DNA of 61,908 nucleotides, the filler included, from Dimargaris cristalligena (Eukaryota): assembly GCA_003614675.1 (NCBI GenBank). It is 29 parts of 29 records of this genome, joined end to end, with 100 filler letters (N's around TTAATTAATTAA, not from the genome) between each part and the next. Parts side by side here need not be neighbours in the genome. Positions count along the whole stretch, not along the records: positions 36,513 to 38,539 come from ML004404.1; positions 38,640 to 40,666 come from ML004405.1; positions 40,767 to 42,794 come from ML004406.1; positions 42,895 to 44,922 come from ML004407.1; positions 45,023 to 47,049 come from ML004408.1; positions 47,150 to 49,175 come from ML004409.1; 23 more parts are not named here. The stretch is one strand, 5' to 3'. The notes under the pieces were generated by a model. The model was not told where the DNA came from. It ran no database searches and was given only the letters and a program-made list of their open reading frames with translations. The translations under genes and the position numbers were made by a program. The number at the start of each line of letters is the position of its first letter. The stretch's first letter is position 1. Shown here one piece after another: positions 37,277-49,175 of this stretch.

Positions 37277-37506
37277 TGTTGGAATACTAAGGATATAAGG
37301 AAAATAAAACTGGAAGTAGGGGAAGAAAGCAGCTAGAGGATGGTAGGTGCCTCTAAGTGGTTAGTTTTATTGAACTGTAATTTTAATGGGGTGAAATATA
37401 AGTGGCTAATATAAATGATCTTATGATAGCAGAATAAACTAACATAATTGGGTGAAATAAGATAAAATAAAGAACATGTAGAAATATAGAAACATATTCT
37501 TCAACA
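37277..37506. mobile_element. Solo LTR family E with 5-bp TSD
   Basis: TGTTG...CAACA termini flanked by ACTAC at 37272-37276 and 37507-37511. Confidence 0.88.
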
Positions 37507-38639
37507 ACTACTAATGAATCCAGTGAATGCCAATACCTCTGGTCTAGGAATAATCTACCAAGAGGATCTGAGTATAAGTTGCTTAAATAGTGAAGAACTG
37601 CAGTGGCCTTGACTGTGTGCTCAGGGTTTGGCAATTGAAGAACATGGGACTGGCACATAATACCACATACTTCTCAGCAATCATACCAATCAAAATAGAT
37701 ACCATTCTTGGTCTATCTATTCTAGCCATGAGAATGCCCTACCTGGAAAATGTGAAGATCTCACGTGCCAGTTTTTCTGGATGTAACCTTGCAATGGGTG
37801 TTAACAAAAAAAAATACAGTTCCCAATTATCACATTTCTTAAATAATTATCAATACAAGGATATAGGTTAGTCATAGTCGACAATCCTAAATGACTGCCA
37901 CTACTTAACATGCTTGTAAGTGAACATCGTATTGGTGAGCTATTCCTATAAAAATAAGACAGGAGTGTTGGGTGATTTGTGGTGGTCTCGTTTCCTATGA
38001 TACCCACCACATTCACGAATATCAGTCCGAAGGTCAAAAAATCCCGCATCTCCTCCGGTATACATTGTCCTATAATGATTATTATTCCCGGTGGGAATAA
38101 TAGGTATAATCCATCTTTATTTTGGTTTTCCAACATAATTTTTTAGTAAAGTTTTTTCCCAATTGGAAAAAAAAATGTAATCGATTTGAAAATATAAGGC
38201 AAGTATCCTCCCCATTCTGAGGATCCTTACCATCTTTTGTTCGCAGGTATCTATTGCATTTCCTACATGGTCACTGATTCCTTTTTTTCCTCATTTTTTC
38301 TACGAAACTTACTATGGCTCTATCTGAGACTGATTACTCATGCCTACTCAATGATGTTGTTATGGCCTTACGGGATACTTCAACACTCCCTCCTCCTGAT
38401 GCTGAGATGACAGGGGCCGCAGACTCCTCTACTGATGATATTGATACTGCCCCTCCTGCCCTTACCCTCTCTCCCTTTCTCTATTATCCATCTATCTTTT
38501 TATTTAGGCTTCCTCTTTTGAGTATAAATACTCCCCCTTNNNNNNNNNNNNNNNNNNNNNNNNNNNNNNNNNNNNNNNNNNNNTTAATTAATTAANNNNN
38601 NNNNNNNNNNNNNNNNNNNNNNNNNNNNNNNNNNNNNNN

Positions 38640-40484
38640 AACAATCTGGGACATCCCTTGTGCGACCATCTGCGGTCGGGCACTTGGGCCCTGGACTATA
38701 CCGTCAACCGGTTGCGGCCCTATGCTGACATGTACCCAACCCTGGAGCCTCTCATCCAATGGTTCACCGAGCGGTTCGCGCTTATTCGCAAGGTGCCCAA
38801 CTTCCTGCTGCCCAAGTACTTTGCGTTGACCATCCATACTGCCTACGAGGCCAGTGTCCACAAGGCGGTTTCACTCATGGCTCCCTTTGTTGCCCACGGG
38901 GACCCATTTATCCAGCGCCTGGCCCTCTGTTCGGTTCAGTTGCACAGCACCGTGCATTCGACCGCGCTTCATCCCAACCAAAGTGGCCCATCCCTGGCGG
39001 CGGGCCTCACCCATTTCGCCACGGCCCATATGCGCTGCTGGGGTCGGGATGTGTTTATTTCCCTGCCCGGTCTCCTCCTCACCACTGGTAACTTCGAAGC
39101 GGCCCGAACCCATATACTGGCTTTCGCCAGCAGCCTGCGCCACGGATTAATCCCCAATTTACTCGACGCTAACCGCCACCCGCGGTACAATGCCCGGGAT
39201 GCCGCCTGGTGGTTCCTGCAAGCGGTGCAGGATTACTGCCAGCGGGCTCCCGAGGGCTTAGCCCTCTTGGAAACTCCGGTGGCCCGGCGTTTCCCCAGCA
39301 CGGACGAGTTTGTGACGCCCGATGATCCACGCGCCTACGCCGAAACGGCACCCTTGGCCGATATCATCCAGGAAATCCTCAGCCGCCATGCCAATGGCAT
39401 CCATTTCCGGGAATGGAACGCTGGTCCCGAACTAGATCACGCGATGCAGGATGCCGGCTTCCAGATCGATATTTTCACTGATTGGACTACCGGGTTCATC
39501 CATGGAGGTAACGAACACAATTGCGGTACCTGGATGGATAAGATGGGTGACTCGGCCAAGGCTGGTATTCTGGGTAAGCCCGCTACACCCCGCGATGGCG
39601 CTCCTGTGGAAATTACCGGGTTGGTTAAGAGCACTCTGCGGTGGTTGGCTCAGTTAAGTGCTAGTGGGAAGTTCCCCCACCGCGGGGTTAAAGTCCAGAA
39701 TGATTCGGCCGATGGCGATGGTTCGCGATTCGTGACCTACGCCGACTGGGACCAATTGATCCAGCGAACCTTCGAGACCCACTACTACATTCCCTCTGAG
39801 ACCGACGCCAGCGCCAACGATCAGGCGGCGGCCGTTGTAGAGCCTCACCCAGAACTCATTAACCGTCGAGGCATTTACAAGGACACCGTGGGCGGTAGCC
39901 GGCCTTTCGCCAACTACCAGCTCCGTCCCAACTACAGCGTAGCTTTGGTAGTGGCCCCGGAACTCTTCCACCCCCGTCGGGCCATAGAAGCCGTCCTGGC
40001 CGTCAAGGATCATCTTTTGGGCCCGCTGGGTCTGAAAACCTTGGACCCCATCGACTGGGCTTATCGTGGGATCTACGATAATACCAACGATAGCGAAGAT
40101 GCCACGGTTGCCCATGGTATCAATTACCATCAGGGTCCCGAATGGCTCTGGGTTACGGGCTACTTCCTCCGGGCCTGGCTCCACTTTGCGCCCTTGGCCC
40201 ACCAGGCCAGTCGCGCGGAGACAGCCAATAATATTAGTGAAGGCATGTCTGAACTAACCCTGAAGCAGCAGCGAATCTTACCCCCGGGTCTGATCCATGA
40301 GTTCCACAGTATCTTGTTGGCACATAAAACCATGATTAGCACTTCCCCCTACGCTGGTTTACCCGAGCTGACCAACGAGAATGGTCAGTTCTGCGCCGGT
40401 TCGTGCACTACCCAGGCCTGGTCTTCAGCGACTATCTTGAGCTTCCTGGAGGATTTGGCGGCGGTCAACGAACAGGCCGAGTAA
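38640..40484 (+). CDS. GDB1: Glycogen debranching enzyme, C-terminal amylo-1,6-glucosidase half (5'-truncated)
   Basis: SLAAGLTHF, MRCWGRDVFISL, RHGLIPNLL, RYNARDAAWWFLQ, NCGTWMDKMG, TPRDGAPVEI, YQLRPN, NYHQGPEW, GLPELTN, QAWS. Confidence 0.96.
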   Translation, partial: NNLGHPLCDHLRSGTWALDYTVNRLRPYADMYPTLEPLIQWFTERFALIRKVPNFLLPKYFALTIHTAYEASVHKAVSLMAPFVAHGDPFIQRLALCSVQLHSTVHSTALHPNQSGPSLAAGLTHFATAHMRCWGRDVFISLPGLLLTTGNFEAARTHILAFASSLRHGLIPNLLDANRHPRYNARDAAWWFLQAVQDYCQRAPEGLALLETPVARRFPSTDEFVTPDDPRAYAETAPLADIIQEILSRHANGIHFREWNAGPELDHAMQDAGFQIDIFTDWTTGFIHGGNEHNCGTWMDKMGDSAKAGILGKPATPRDGAPVEITGLVKSTLRWLAQLSASGKFPHRGVKVQNDSADGDGSRFVTYADWDQLIQRTFETHYYIPSETDASANDQAAAVVEPHPELINRRGIYKDTVGGSRPFANYQLRPNYSVALVVAPELFHPRRAIEAVLAVKDHLLGPLGLKTLDPIDWAYRGIYDNTNDSEDATVAHGINYHQGPEWLWVTGYFLRAWLHFAPLAHQASRAETANNISEGMSELTLKQQRILPPGLIHEFHSILLAHKTMISTSPYAGLPELTNENGQFCAGSCTTQAWSSATILSFLEDLAAVNEQAE

Positions 40485-41182
40485 CCCGTCCCCGCAATAG
40501 AATTAGCAAATGGACGCGGTGATATTTAAAAGGGGAACCCCAATGAGATTGCCGCTCCATCATACGAAATTGGTGGATATGCCCAGGCTTAACCAATTCA
40601 TTTTTAATTTAGTATATATGTATACCATTGGCCTTCTAAATTCTTTGAAAAATAGTAAACCCATAGNNNNNNNNNNNNNNNNNNNNNNNNNNNNNNNNNN
40701 NNNNNNNNNNTTAATTAATTAANNNNNNNNNNNNNNNNNNNNNNNNNNNNNNNNNNNNNNNNNNNNTAATCAGTCACAGCCTAGAATTGGGAAATATGCT
40801 CAGTAGTCCGCCCTTAATTATCAGTGAATCATAATTTATCGGGTGTATGCCTCAATTTGATAAGTGAATCGGGCATTGTCACTCGTATTCATTCCTTGCC
40901 ATTCATGTCGACCATGTATTGCCAGTTGCACTCAGACATGGTAGCATGCTATTGCCAGCGATAGGACATATCCAGCAGACCAGCGGTCTCCCCAAAATAG
41001 TTGTTTAAAAGGCGGTCAGGTCGCCCTCTGAATTAACGACAGAGCCACATTCTCCCATTCCAACACCGGCCTTCCTCTCTATTTGAACACCCGTTTGCGT
41101 CTATTACTTCAACTACGATACCCCCTTTCCCATTCATCCCCTCCAATCTCTCTCCTTTTCTCGCCCGCTCCCAATACGCAAA

Positions 41183-42196
41183 ATGAAGGCTGTCGCTCTT
41201 ACTTGCGCTCTCTTCGTCGCCCTTGCCGTCGCTGACGGTAGCTACACCGGCGGTTACGGTGCTGGCAAGAAAGTCGTTTGCAAAAAGTGTAAATCCGGCC
41301 CCGGTAGCGGTAAGGGTGGCTATGGAGGCGCTATGTACCGTCGCGATCTCTTTAGCGGCCTTTTTAGCAGCTACGGTGGGGGTCACAACAGCGGAAAATC
41401 CGATGGCGGCTATGATGGTGGCAATTCTAGCGGTGGTTACGACGACGGCTACGACAGCGGTAAGACTGGCGGTCAGTACGATGGCGGCTATGGCGGTGGA
41501 AAGTCTGGTGGTCAGTACGGTAGTGGTTACGACGGCGGCTATGGTGGCGGCAAGACTGGCGGCCAGTACGATGGTGGCTACGATGGTGGCTATGGTGGTA
41601 GCAAGGCTGGTGGAGGTATTATTGGTAACGGCGGTTACGATGGCGGTCAGTATGGCGATGGTTACGACGACGGATATGGTGGCGGCAAGACTGGCGGCCA
41701 GTACGATGGTGGCTACGATGGTGGTTATGATGGTGGTTACGGTGGCAGCTATGGTGGCGGCTATGGTGGTGGCAAGTCTGGCGGCCAGCGCGGAAGTGGT
41801 TACGATGATGGTTATGGTGGTGGTTACGATGGTGGTTATGATGGTGGTTATGGTGGTGGCTACGATGGCGGTTACGATGGCGGAGCCATTGTTGGTAATA
41901 GTGGCCAGGGCTTCGATGGCGGTCTGGTCGATGGCGGCCACAGCGGTGGGCACGATAATGGCTATGGCGGTATCGGCGGCTTGTATGGACCATCCGCCGA
42001 GGGCCCCGAAGCCAGCGAGGATACCGAGGATGGCGATGACAGTGATGATGGTGAACTTCGCCGCCGCAGTGAGCCGACCAAATTCGCCTCCAAGAATGAC
42101 ATCAACGCCAAAAAGCTCTCCGCGCAAGCCCTCAAGTTCAAGAACAAGAAGGCCAAGAAGTTCGACACCAAGGCCAAGACCTTCGCTATTAACTAA
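41183..42196 (+). CDS. Secreted Gly/Tyr/Asp-rich repeat protein (GGYD/GGQY repeats)
   Basis: Signal peptide MKAVALTCALFVALAVA, consistent GGT/GGC-TAC codon use, an acidic linker and a Lys-rich tail. Dibasic sites at YRRD and LRRRS. Confidence 0.85.
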   Translation: MKAVALTCALFVALAVADGSYTGGYGAGKKVVCKKCKSGPGSGKGGYGGAMYRRDLFSGLFSSYGGGHNSGKSDGGYDGGNSSGGYDDGYDSGKTGGQYDGGYGGGKSGGQYGSGYDGGYGGGKTGGQYDGGYDGGYGGSKAGGGIIGNGGYDGGQYGDGYDDGYGGGKTGGQYDGGYDGGYDGGYGGSYGGGYGGGKSGGQRGSGYDDGYGGGYDGGYDGGYGGGYDGGYDGGAIVGNSGQGFDGGLVDGGHSGGHDNGYGGIGGLYGPSAEGPEASEDTEDGDDSDDGELRRRSEPTKFASKNDINAKKLSAQALKFKNKKAKKFDTKAKTFAIN

Positions 42197-42894
42197 GCCC
42201 GTCGCCATTGCTTGGGAGGATGTCCACCAAATTGCACCCCAGGTTTAACTCCTCCCCTTTATTGAGCTGATTTGTGTGTGCTTGATTTCATCAGAGACCG
42301 GTGGTGTGACTGAACAACCTACTTCTGGCACTATTTCCTATTTATTGCGTATTATCCGGGAATTTTGCGAATTGCTTATCGCATCTATATTTTTCCCGGG
42401 AATTTAAATAAACAACTCAATTGACAGTATACTCCCATGGCTAACATTTATGATAACCAGTCGCGCTTTCTTAGGGGGCTTTACTACACGAGCATGTCGG
42501 GCTAGATGGAGGGTTTAGTCCGATTTGGCTTGAACCCATCGGTTCTTGCCAATCCACTACTTTACACAGTGGGGCACAGCCCAGAAACCCAGATGTAACA
42601 GTTAATCTACGGGGCAGCACGACGGTGAGGCAGGTCCAAGGGATGGCCATCTGGTGGGTTCACAGTAATGGGAAATCCCTCTATAGTCTATCATGGGGGA
42701 TGTGACGCCAGATTAAGAAGTCCGAACAGCCATACTCCGTCCCCCCTTCCTCCTTGAACCAACCATACCACCGGGAATATAAGCCTCATAGGGCNNNNNN
42801 NNNNNNNNNNNNNNNNNNNNNNNNNNNNNNNNNNNNNNTTAATTAATTAANNNNNNNNNNNNNNNNNNNNNNNNNNNNNNNNNNNNNNNNNNNN

Positions 42895-43061
42895 TAAGAT
42901 CACCTACGAGTGATTAGTGCGAACTCCGGGAGGCCTGGCCGGTTAAGGGGATATCAATGATGTTCGGCCTTGTTAGGGCCGGGGGGTACAATATGGCACT
43001 ATACGGCCTGATATGACGGCGGTCATATCAGTTGGATTAGGACGGATTAGGAGGGGCGACA
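42895..43061 (-). mobile_element. LTR-A variant terminus (CpG-retaining)
   Basis: Ends GGATTAGGAGGGGCGACA. Confidence 0.65.
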
Positions 43062-44204
43062 TTTATAAAATATGTAATGAGATTATATATATTGTTACAA
43101 GAAAATCGTCCTAGTAGTTCGTTTGCACCCCCCCCCCCCCCCCCATAAGAATTATTTCGCCAAAGTGCTTCCCAGGGATCTGTCCCAAGCAGATATGCCG
43201 TGTTTGGTAGGCAATTATGTCGCAGTATAACACCTCCACGATTATTTATTATGGCTACTTAGTACTAGCAGAATTTTGGAATCGGAACCACGGAGTTTCC
43301 CACTCATAAATCTAGTAGTCGATATGCTAGGTTACTAGTGGTTTAGATAGAAATCCAGAAGTTTGTATATATTATATGGGTACCAGGTGAGCATTTGAAT
43401 GAAGTGCAATACTTTTTGAAACATATTGGAAATTGGGTGGCTCACTCCCTTGGATATCTCCACAACCTAGACAGTAACCTTTCGTAATAATAGTCACATA
43501 GTAGGTTTAGACATGCCTAGGTCTTGCCTAAATATAGATTATAGAAGTTTGGTGTAATATTAGCCATTCTTGACAATAATGAAATTGGCAAATCGGTAAC
43601 TAGACCAAATCAAACCGGATAACAGAGGTAAGCAGTCTATGATGCAAGTTGGAGTATGCCAGGATGGAGGTCAGATCTCCAGCAATCCCATTCAATTAGT
43701 AAATGCCAGATAGTATAGTCAAGGTACCTTGGGGTAGGAATGCATTCAGGGGATCACCAATATAACCACATGGAAGACACATCGTGCACCAGTCATATTT
43801 AGATATACATGTCTGATAAATATACTGTTATGGCTAGCCTACCTTTAAGAATTGACAATAGCCTTCTTTTAATTTACTACTTTGCTGGACCTGCTAGTGT
43901 TTATTGCTAATGAGGTTGTCTCTGGTTAACCAATTATTCACTTCTATAAATAGCCATAAATATCTTGACACCCCATGTGTTGATAAATTGACATCTCTGT
44001 TAGCTATGACTAACTGTACTGTCAGTGCTACCATCAGCATTTCTCCAATACCCATCCCCAGCATACCTGTTGTTGATGCAGCATATTTCTTCAGCTGTCT
44101 CTAAACTTGCATGTCCCTGGAATCAAGATTAGTTGAGTGGAATGTTTCCCCTACTAGGCAAACTAGGTGATATATTGTTTCAATGCAAGAGGATATAGAG
44201 TCTA

Positions 44205-44922
44205 TTAGAACCATGGACTTATTGTGCCAGTGATTTGAGGTACCTCCATTCTGAGATCAGAGCTGGGGTTAGATGTCCCACTCCCTTCTGGACTGGAAGG
44301 TTCACTGGATGTCAGTTTTGAGGGGCCAGTACCTGGATGTAACATGGAGAACTTGGGAAACGGTCCTTTGGCTAGTTGGATCAGCTTGGAGCTGTTGTCA
44401 GAGGTCGAACTGGGGTATGGTGGAAAATGTTCCACATGAATTGATCCTAAACTCCCATCATTGGAGTTAGGTACTGGAGGAGCTATGGTGGCTACATGCC
44501 GAAAATAAGATAATAAAATTAAGAGAACAAAAAATTGACTTCCAGTTGAAGTCCTCAGCTGATGCTGGGTAAAACACTGAGTGAAGTTAAAAATAGATAT
44601 TTATTCTGAATAATAAAAACTTATCTCAAATATAACTTGCCATATTAAAGGCCGGCTAGGAGACTATAAATAAGAAAATTCAATATTACAGCCTTAAAAC
44701 TATACTATGATCTTTTGGATGTCATCCTCAAATGGACTGATAACCATAAAACCATGAAGGGAAAAAACTGGTTGGGTCCTTAAGTTTAAATGATGTACGA
44801 AAAGAGAAAGGAAATATGGAAAATGGAAAACAGAAAATGAGAGTACCTTGGATCCTCCGGGGCATTCATAGAAATAAGATATAAATAAGGAAAACTTTTA
44901 CATCACTCCCTTATTCTAATGT
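44205..44922 (-). repeat. Diverged paralog of the second unit of the 2-kb multicopy segment
   Basis: Colinear with ~15190-15960. The APPVPNS..EHF.PYPSSTS..GPFP.FSM frame is preserved. Confidence 0.85.
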
Positions 44923-45217
44923 NNNNNNNNNNNNNNNNNNNNNNNNNNNNNNNNNNNNNNNNNNNNTTAATTAATTAANNNNNNNNNNNNNNNNNNNNNN
45001 NNNNNNNNNNNNNNNNNNNNNNCAAGTTTTAGTATAAATACTCAGTGGAATATCTTAGTAATAAAAACAACTTTTTAGTCAAGGCTGAAGAATTCACCCA
45101 GTAGTACTTCTGCGGAAGTTTGATTATGTTTTAGTTATTTTTGAGTACCCGAGGGTATTATTTTGCTTATATTTTTATTTTATCACTATTTACATTGCCT
45201 AAAAACGTAACAATTTC

Positions 45218-45335
45218 AGTTGTGGCCATATGTCGGTATATGCTCCGTATCCCGTTAGATCTGCGAAGATAAGCCCCGATCAGCCAATTTAGTACTGAGG
45301 TGGGTGACCACTTGGGAATAGTTGGTGCTACAACT
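45218..45335 (+). rRNA. 5S rRNA gene
   Basis: 118 nt. Terminal helix AGTTGTGGC/GCTACAACT, with CCATA, TCCCGT..GATC and AGTACT..GGTGGGTGACCAC..GGGAA..GGTGCT motifs. Followed by an oligo-T Pol III terminator. Confidence 0.93.
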
Positions 45336-45341
45336 TTTTTT
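45335..45341 (+). terminator. Pol III oligo(T) terminator of the 5S gene
   Basis: T7 run at the 5S 3' end. Confidence 0.85.
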
Positions 45342-46666
45342 GACTGAATTTTTCAAATTTTGGTTGCCTGCTATCTATTATATACATCTTTGGTAATTAG
45401 GTTCATCTACATAAAGGCCCCAAAGGCTAATTTAATCTAAATTATATGGGCAAAGGGCATGGCACTTTTCCCGCTAACAGTTGGCTGGGGCTGGGTGATG
45501 TTGACTGCTTATCAATAGCATCGCAAACCCTTCCCAACCCAATACATTCTATCTAGTGGGACTATACCCAATAGGAACCCTTTATTCCTGGGCCCCTCTG
45601 CAATAGCTGATCTTTAGTGGCTGAGGGGAGGGGTTAAAGAATGAAGGCCTACTTACTCAGGGGGATGCTAATTGATGATCATTGGCAGTAATAGCAATTA
45701 CATTACATTGCCACTGAAGTCTTCTGGCATATATCAATATTTTAATGAGCTTAGTATTAATGAGTCACTTTTGGTGGGGGAAGTGTGTACCCTAGCGATG
45801 AATAATCTCATCATAATATAACCTGCTGACATGTTCCCCGAATTAATGGTAAATAGTTAATGCCTCCAGATCAATTAGTGATGGATGCGGGACAGAGAAA
45901 TAGTATTACTCATATAATCAGCTGGCATCTCTTATATATACACATCGGTTACGAGACTGGCCCTTCCTTCGTTAGGAATCGGAGAGAGGCACAGAGGTTG
46001 TGTCGAAATTAAGTACCGTTGGCTAATAAATAACACTGTAGCAACAAACACGCCGTTTGGCTAGATGCTGTTGGGGGTCAGCGTGGGCTTAATAATATCG
46101 ATATTTATCTATGATTAGTTCAGAATGGGCTGATTTCCAGTGATGGCTAATCCAATCAGCCGAAGAAGATACTTGGCGTACGTCGTTTGAATGTGTAGGC
46201 AAAGGTTTCAGCGTCCGCACTGACTTGGCGTATTTACATCCCCATCACCGCTCAGCCCGCTTATTATAATTGGTCTTTCCCACACACCCTTCCCCTCCCT
46301 ATTCCGCAACGTCCCTCACTGAAACCAGCGTAACTCTAGATTCCCTGGCTAAAGGAAAGGGCTATATTACCAATCTTCCCCCACTGTCGTCATCTCCCCA
46401 CCACCGCATATACACTCCTCTCCCGAAAACGCATACAGTCCTCTCGCCCAGTTGAAACCAAATGGTTTAGATAAATCCACCTCCTCACCCCGCCGATACT
46501 AGGCTCTTAACTTCACCAACTGCTGTTAAAGGTTCCTCTTTCCCATTTCACTTGACTCCTCATCCTTTCACATTCATTCGCTTATCCCGCGGCCTTGTCT
46601 AACCCCAACCAGACCCCCTTAACCATCTTCACCACCACCTTTCCTCACCTACCTTCCCCCTCCAAT

Positions 46667-46720
46667 ATGTCGTCGTCTGAAGCCGTTGCTGATATTGGCC
46701 TCATTGGTCTGGCTGTGATG
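46667..46720 (+). CDS. GND1: 6-phosphogluconate dehydrogenase, exon 1
   Basis: MSSSEAVADIGLIGLAVM followed by a GTAAGC donor, matching the ADIGLIGLAVMG N-terminus of 6PGD. Confidence 0.85.
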
Positions 46721-47149
46721 GTAAGCCCTTCTGTTATAACTTCCCCGGTGCCTCTCCGCAGGGCATACAGTGTGTTGAGGACGCATTCCCCCGGGTTCCC
46801 GACTATCACTCTTAAGACTTGGGCCTACTTCTCTCGGCTCGTTTTTCTAGACCCTCAATTGAGAAGGGCTGAAAGTCCCTGGCTTCGTATTTTCCGTGTC
46901 GTAGGGACTATCTTATTACCCCCCTCCTACTATCTTACTTATTAAGAGCTGTCTGGAATAGGGTGACTGCTAAATCTGTTTACCCGAACTACCCCCATAC
47001 GGATCTGCAGCCAGCTCGTACCCCCCCCCCCCCCCCCCCCCCCCCCCCCNNNNNNNNNNNNNNNNNNNNNNNNNNNNNNNNNNNNNNNNNNNNTTAATTA
47101 ATTAANNNNNNNNNNNNNNNNNNNNNNNNNNNNNNNNNNNNNNNNNNNN

Positions 47150-49143
47150 GTCAAAATGGAACCCATATACCGCCTACAAAAGAAAGATCAGGAATTCCAC
47201 TGGGGCGCAGAACAACAAGCAGCAATGGACCTAATTAAGGGGGAACTCAATACATCACCTATCCTACAGAATCCAGTATACGGTGACAAAAATCGCGTCC
47301 TTTATTTAACTGTTGATGCTAGCCCAATCGGGGCTGGTGCCATTTTGGGACAGGAAGATGAGCAAGGCAATCGCTATGCCTGTAGATTTGAGTCTACTTT
47401 GTTCACTCCTACTGAGCGCAGATATGCTCAGGTAAAAAGGGAATTAGTAGGAATGGTCAAAATGGTCAAAAAACTTCGGTTTTTTGTTTATGGAGTCCAT
47501 TTTATCCTGGAAACTGATTGTAAACCTTTAATTGGGATGCTGAATAAGCAGGACCTTCCTGATGCAGCTGTAAACCGCTGGCTGACTTGGTTGAGGATGT
47601 TTGATTTTGACTTAAAACATATCCCCGGGTCTGATAATGTGGTTGCTGATGGATTGTCAAGAGCAAATATACCAAATTCTGATGGTGAATCTGACTTTGA
47701 CGAATTTTTGGAAGCTCACCATATCTCTACTATCCAAGGCAAGGACAAGACTGCCACTAGAGTATACGTACTATCCACTGAGGTACCCAGAACAACCAAT
47801 CTACAGCCAGAAAATTCGGATCAGACTATCAACTTCCCTAAACAAGACTATAATCAGGAAATGACACAAATTGGACACTATTTATCAACTTTACAAAGGC
47901 TACCAGGCCTAGGGGCAAGAGAATTCCGTAGGTTCAAGGCCAAGGCTGCTGCATACTCCCTCAGGAATGGCCATTTATTTCACCATGGACATCCAGGAAC
48001 TATACCTCGAAGGGTAATCTGTGATAAAGGAAAGCAGTTGGAAATCCTGAAAGAAATACATGAGGGTGAGGGAGGTGGATATAAAGGGATTGAAACCTAC
48101 TTTATAAAACTAAACTTACGGTATTTTTGGAAGGATTTCTACCAGGACTTAAAATCTTATATCCAGACTTATGAGATTTGTCAAAAAAGGGCCAGGAATC
48201 AATTCAAGGAGCCTCTACACCTAACACATTCACCAGTACTTTGGCACAAAGTAGGCGTCAATTTAGTGCACATGCCTAAAAGTCCAAAGGGTTACTGTTA
48301 CCTAGTTGTAGCTAGAGATGACCTTAGTGGCTGGGCTGAAGCCAGAGCCCTAACCAAGAATGGGGCTAAACAAGTGGCGGCTTTTCTCAAGGAAGACATT
48401 ATCACTAGGTTTGGTCCAGTTGGAAAATTCGTCGCTGATAGGGGTGAAATGAACTCAAGTCTAATCAAAGACCTCCTGGAAAAATATAGAATTAGCCTGA
48501 ACTTAACAACATCATATCATCCCCAGGCAAATGGGATGGTAGAGCGTGGTCATGGCCCACTGGTAGATTCAATTGTTAAAGCCAGTAGGAATCCACAGAA
48601 TTGGCCTGACTTTTTACACTCAGCATTATGGGCGGATAGGATTACTGCTAAAACTACCACTGGATTTAGCCCCTATTATCTATTGTACGGCCATGAATGC
48701 CTATTACCTGTGGAATTTAACTTGGAAACTTGGTTGTCTTAGGATTTTTATAAAAATATGACTACAAATGAACTCCTTTTAGCCAGAACTCACCAAATCG
48801 AAGCCATGGGCACTACTGTTGATCTAGCAGCTGCCTTATTAGAAGATGCCAGATTTAAGAATAAGGAAACCTTTGATGGCCAAGCCCGAATTCATCAAGA
48901 ACCTTTAGTAATTCATGATATTGTCCTCGAATATGATTCTTCCTTGGATAAGCAATGGTCTAGGAAGTTTGACAATTGCTGGAGGGGCCCTTACAAGATC
49001 CTGGACATCAATGAGAATGGATTATACGCTCTAGCTGAACTAGATGGAACCCCAAGATATCCAAGAGTTAATGGAGACCGACTGAAGAAATTCTATTACC
49101 AAAATCCAGTTTCTGAATCCAGTTCTTCAACTGAGGGGGTGGA
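47150..49143 (+). mobile_element. Ty3/Gypsy pol C-terminus (RNase H, integrase, GPY/F) ending in a polypurine tract
   Basis: TVDAS, ETDCKPL, NVVADGLSR, eroded HHCC, ARDDLSGW, SYHPQANGMVER, WRGPY. One in-frame TAG at 48740. GAGGGGGTGGA at 49133-49143 precedes TGTGGCAAGG. Confidence 0.92.
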
Positions 49144-49175
49144 TGTGGCAAGGTGTACTGTCCCCCTATAAGATG
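49144..49175 (+). mobile_element. Start of the 3' LTR (family D-like)
   Basis: TGTGGCAAGGTG directly after the PPT. Confidence 0.65.

Noticed and set aside
36691-38300. Possible decayed transposase or LINE coding remnants (also 9030-9780)
   Set aside because: CpG-depleted and probably TE-derived, but I could not read a convincing motif.
41033-42248. Long overlapping ORFs 41033-42208(-) and 41223-42248(+)
   Set aside because: Shadow frames of the Gly-codon repeat gene.
47020-47049. Poly-C tracts (also ~43128-43144)
   Set aside because: Simple homopolymers at or near assembly breaks.
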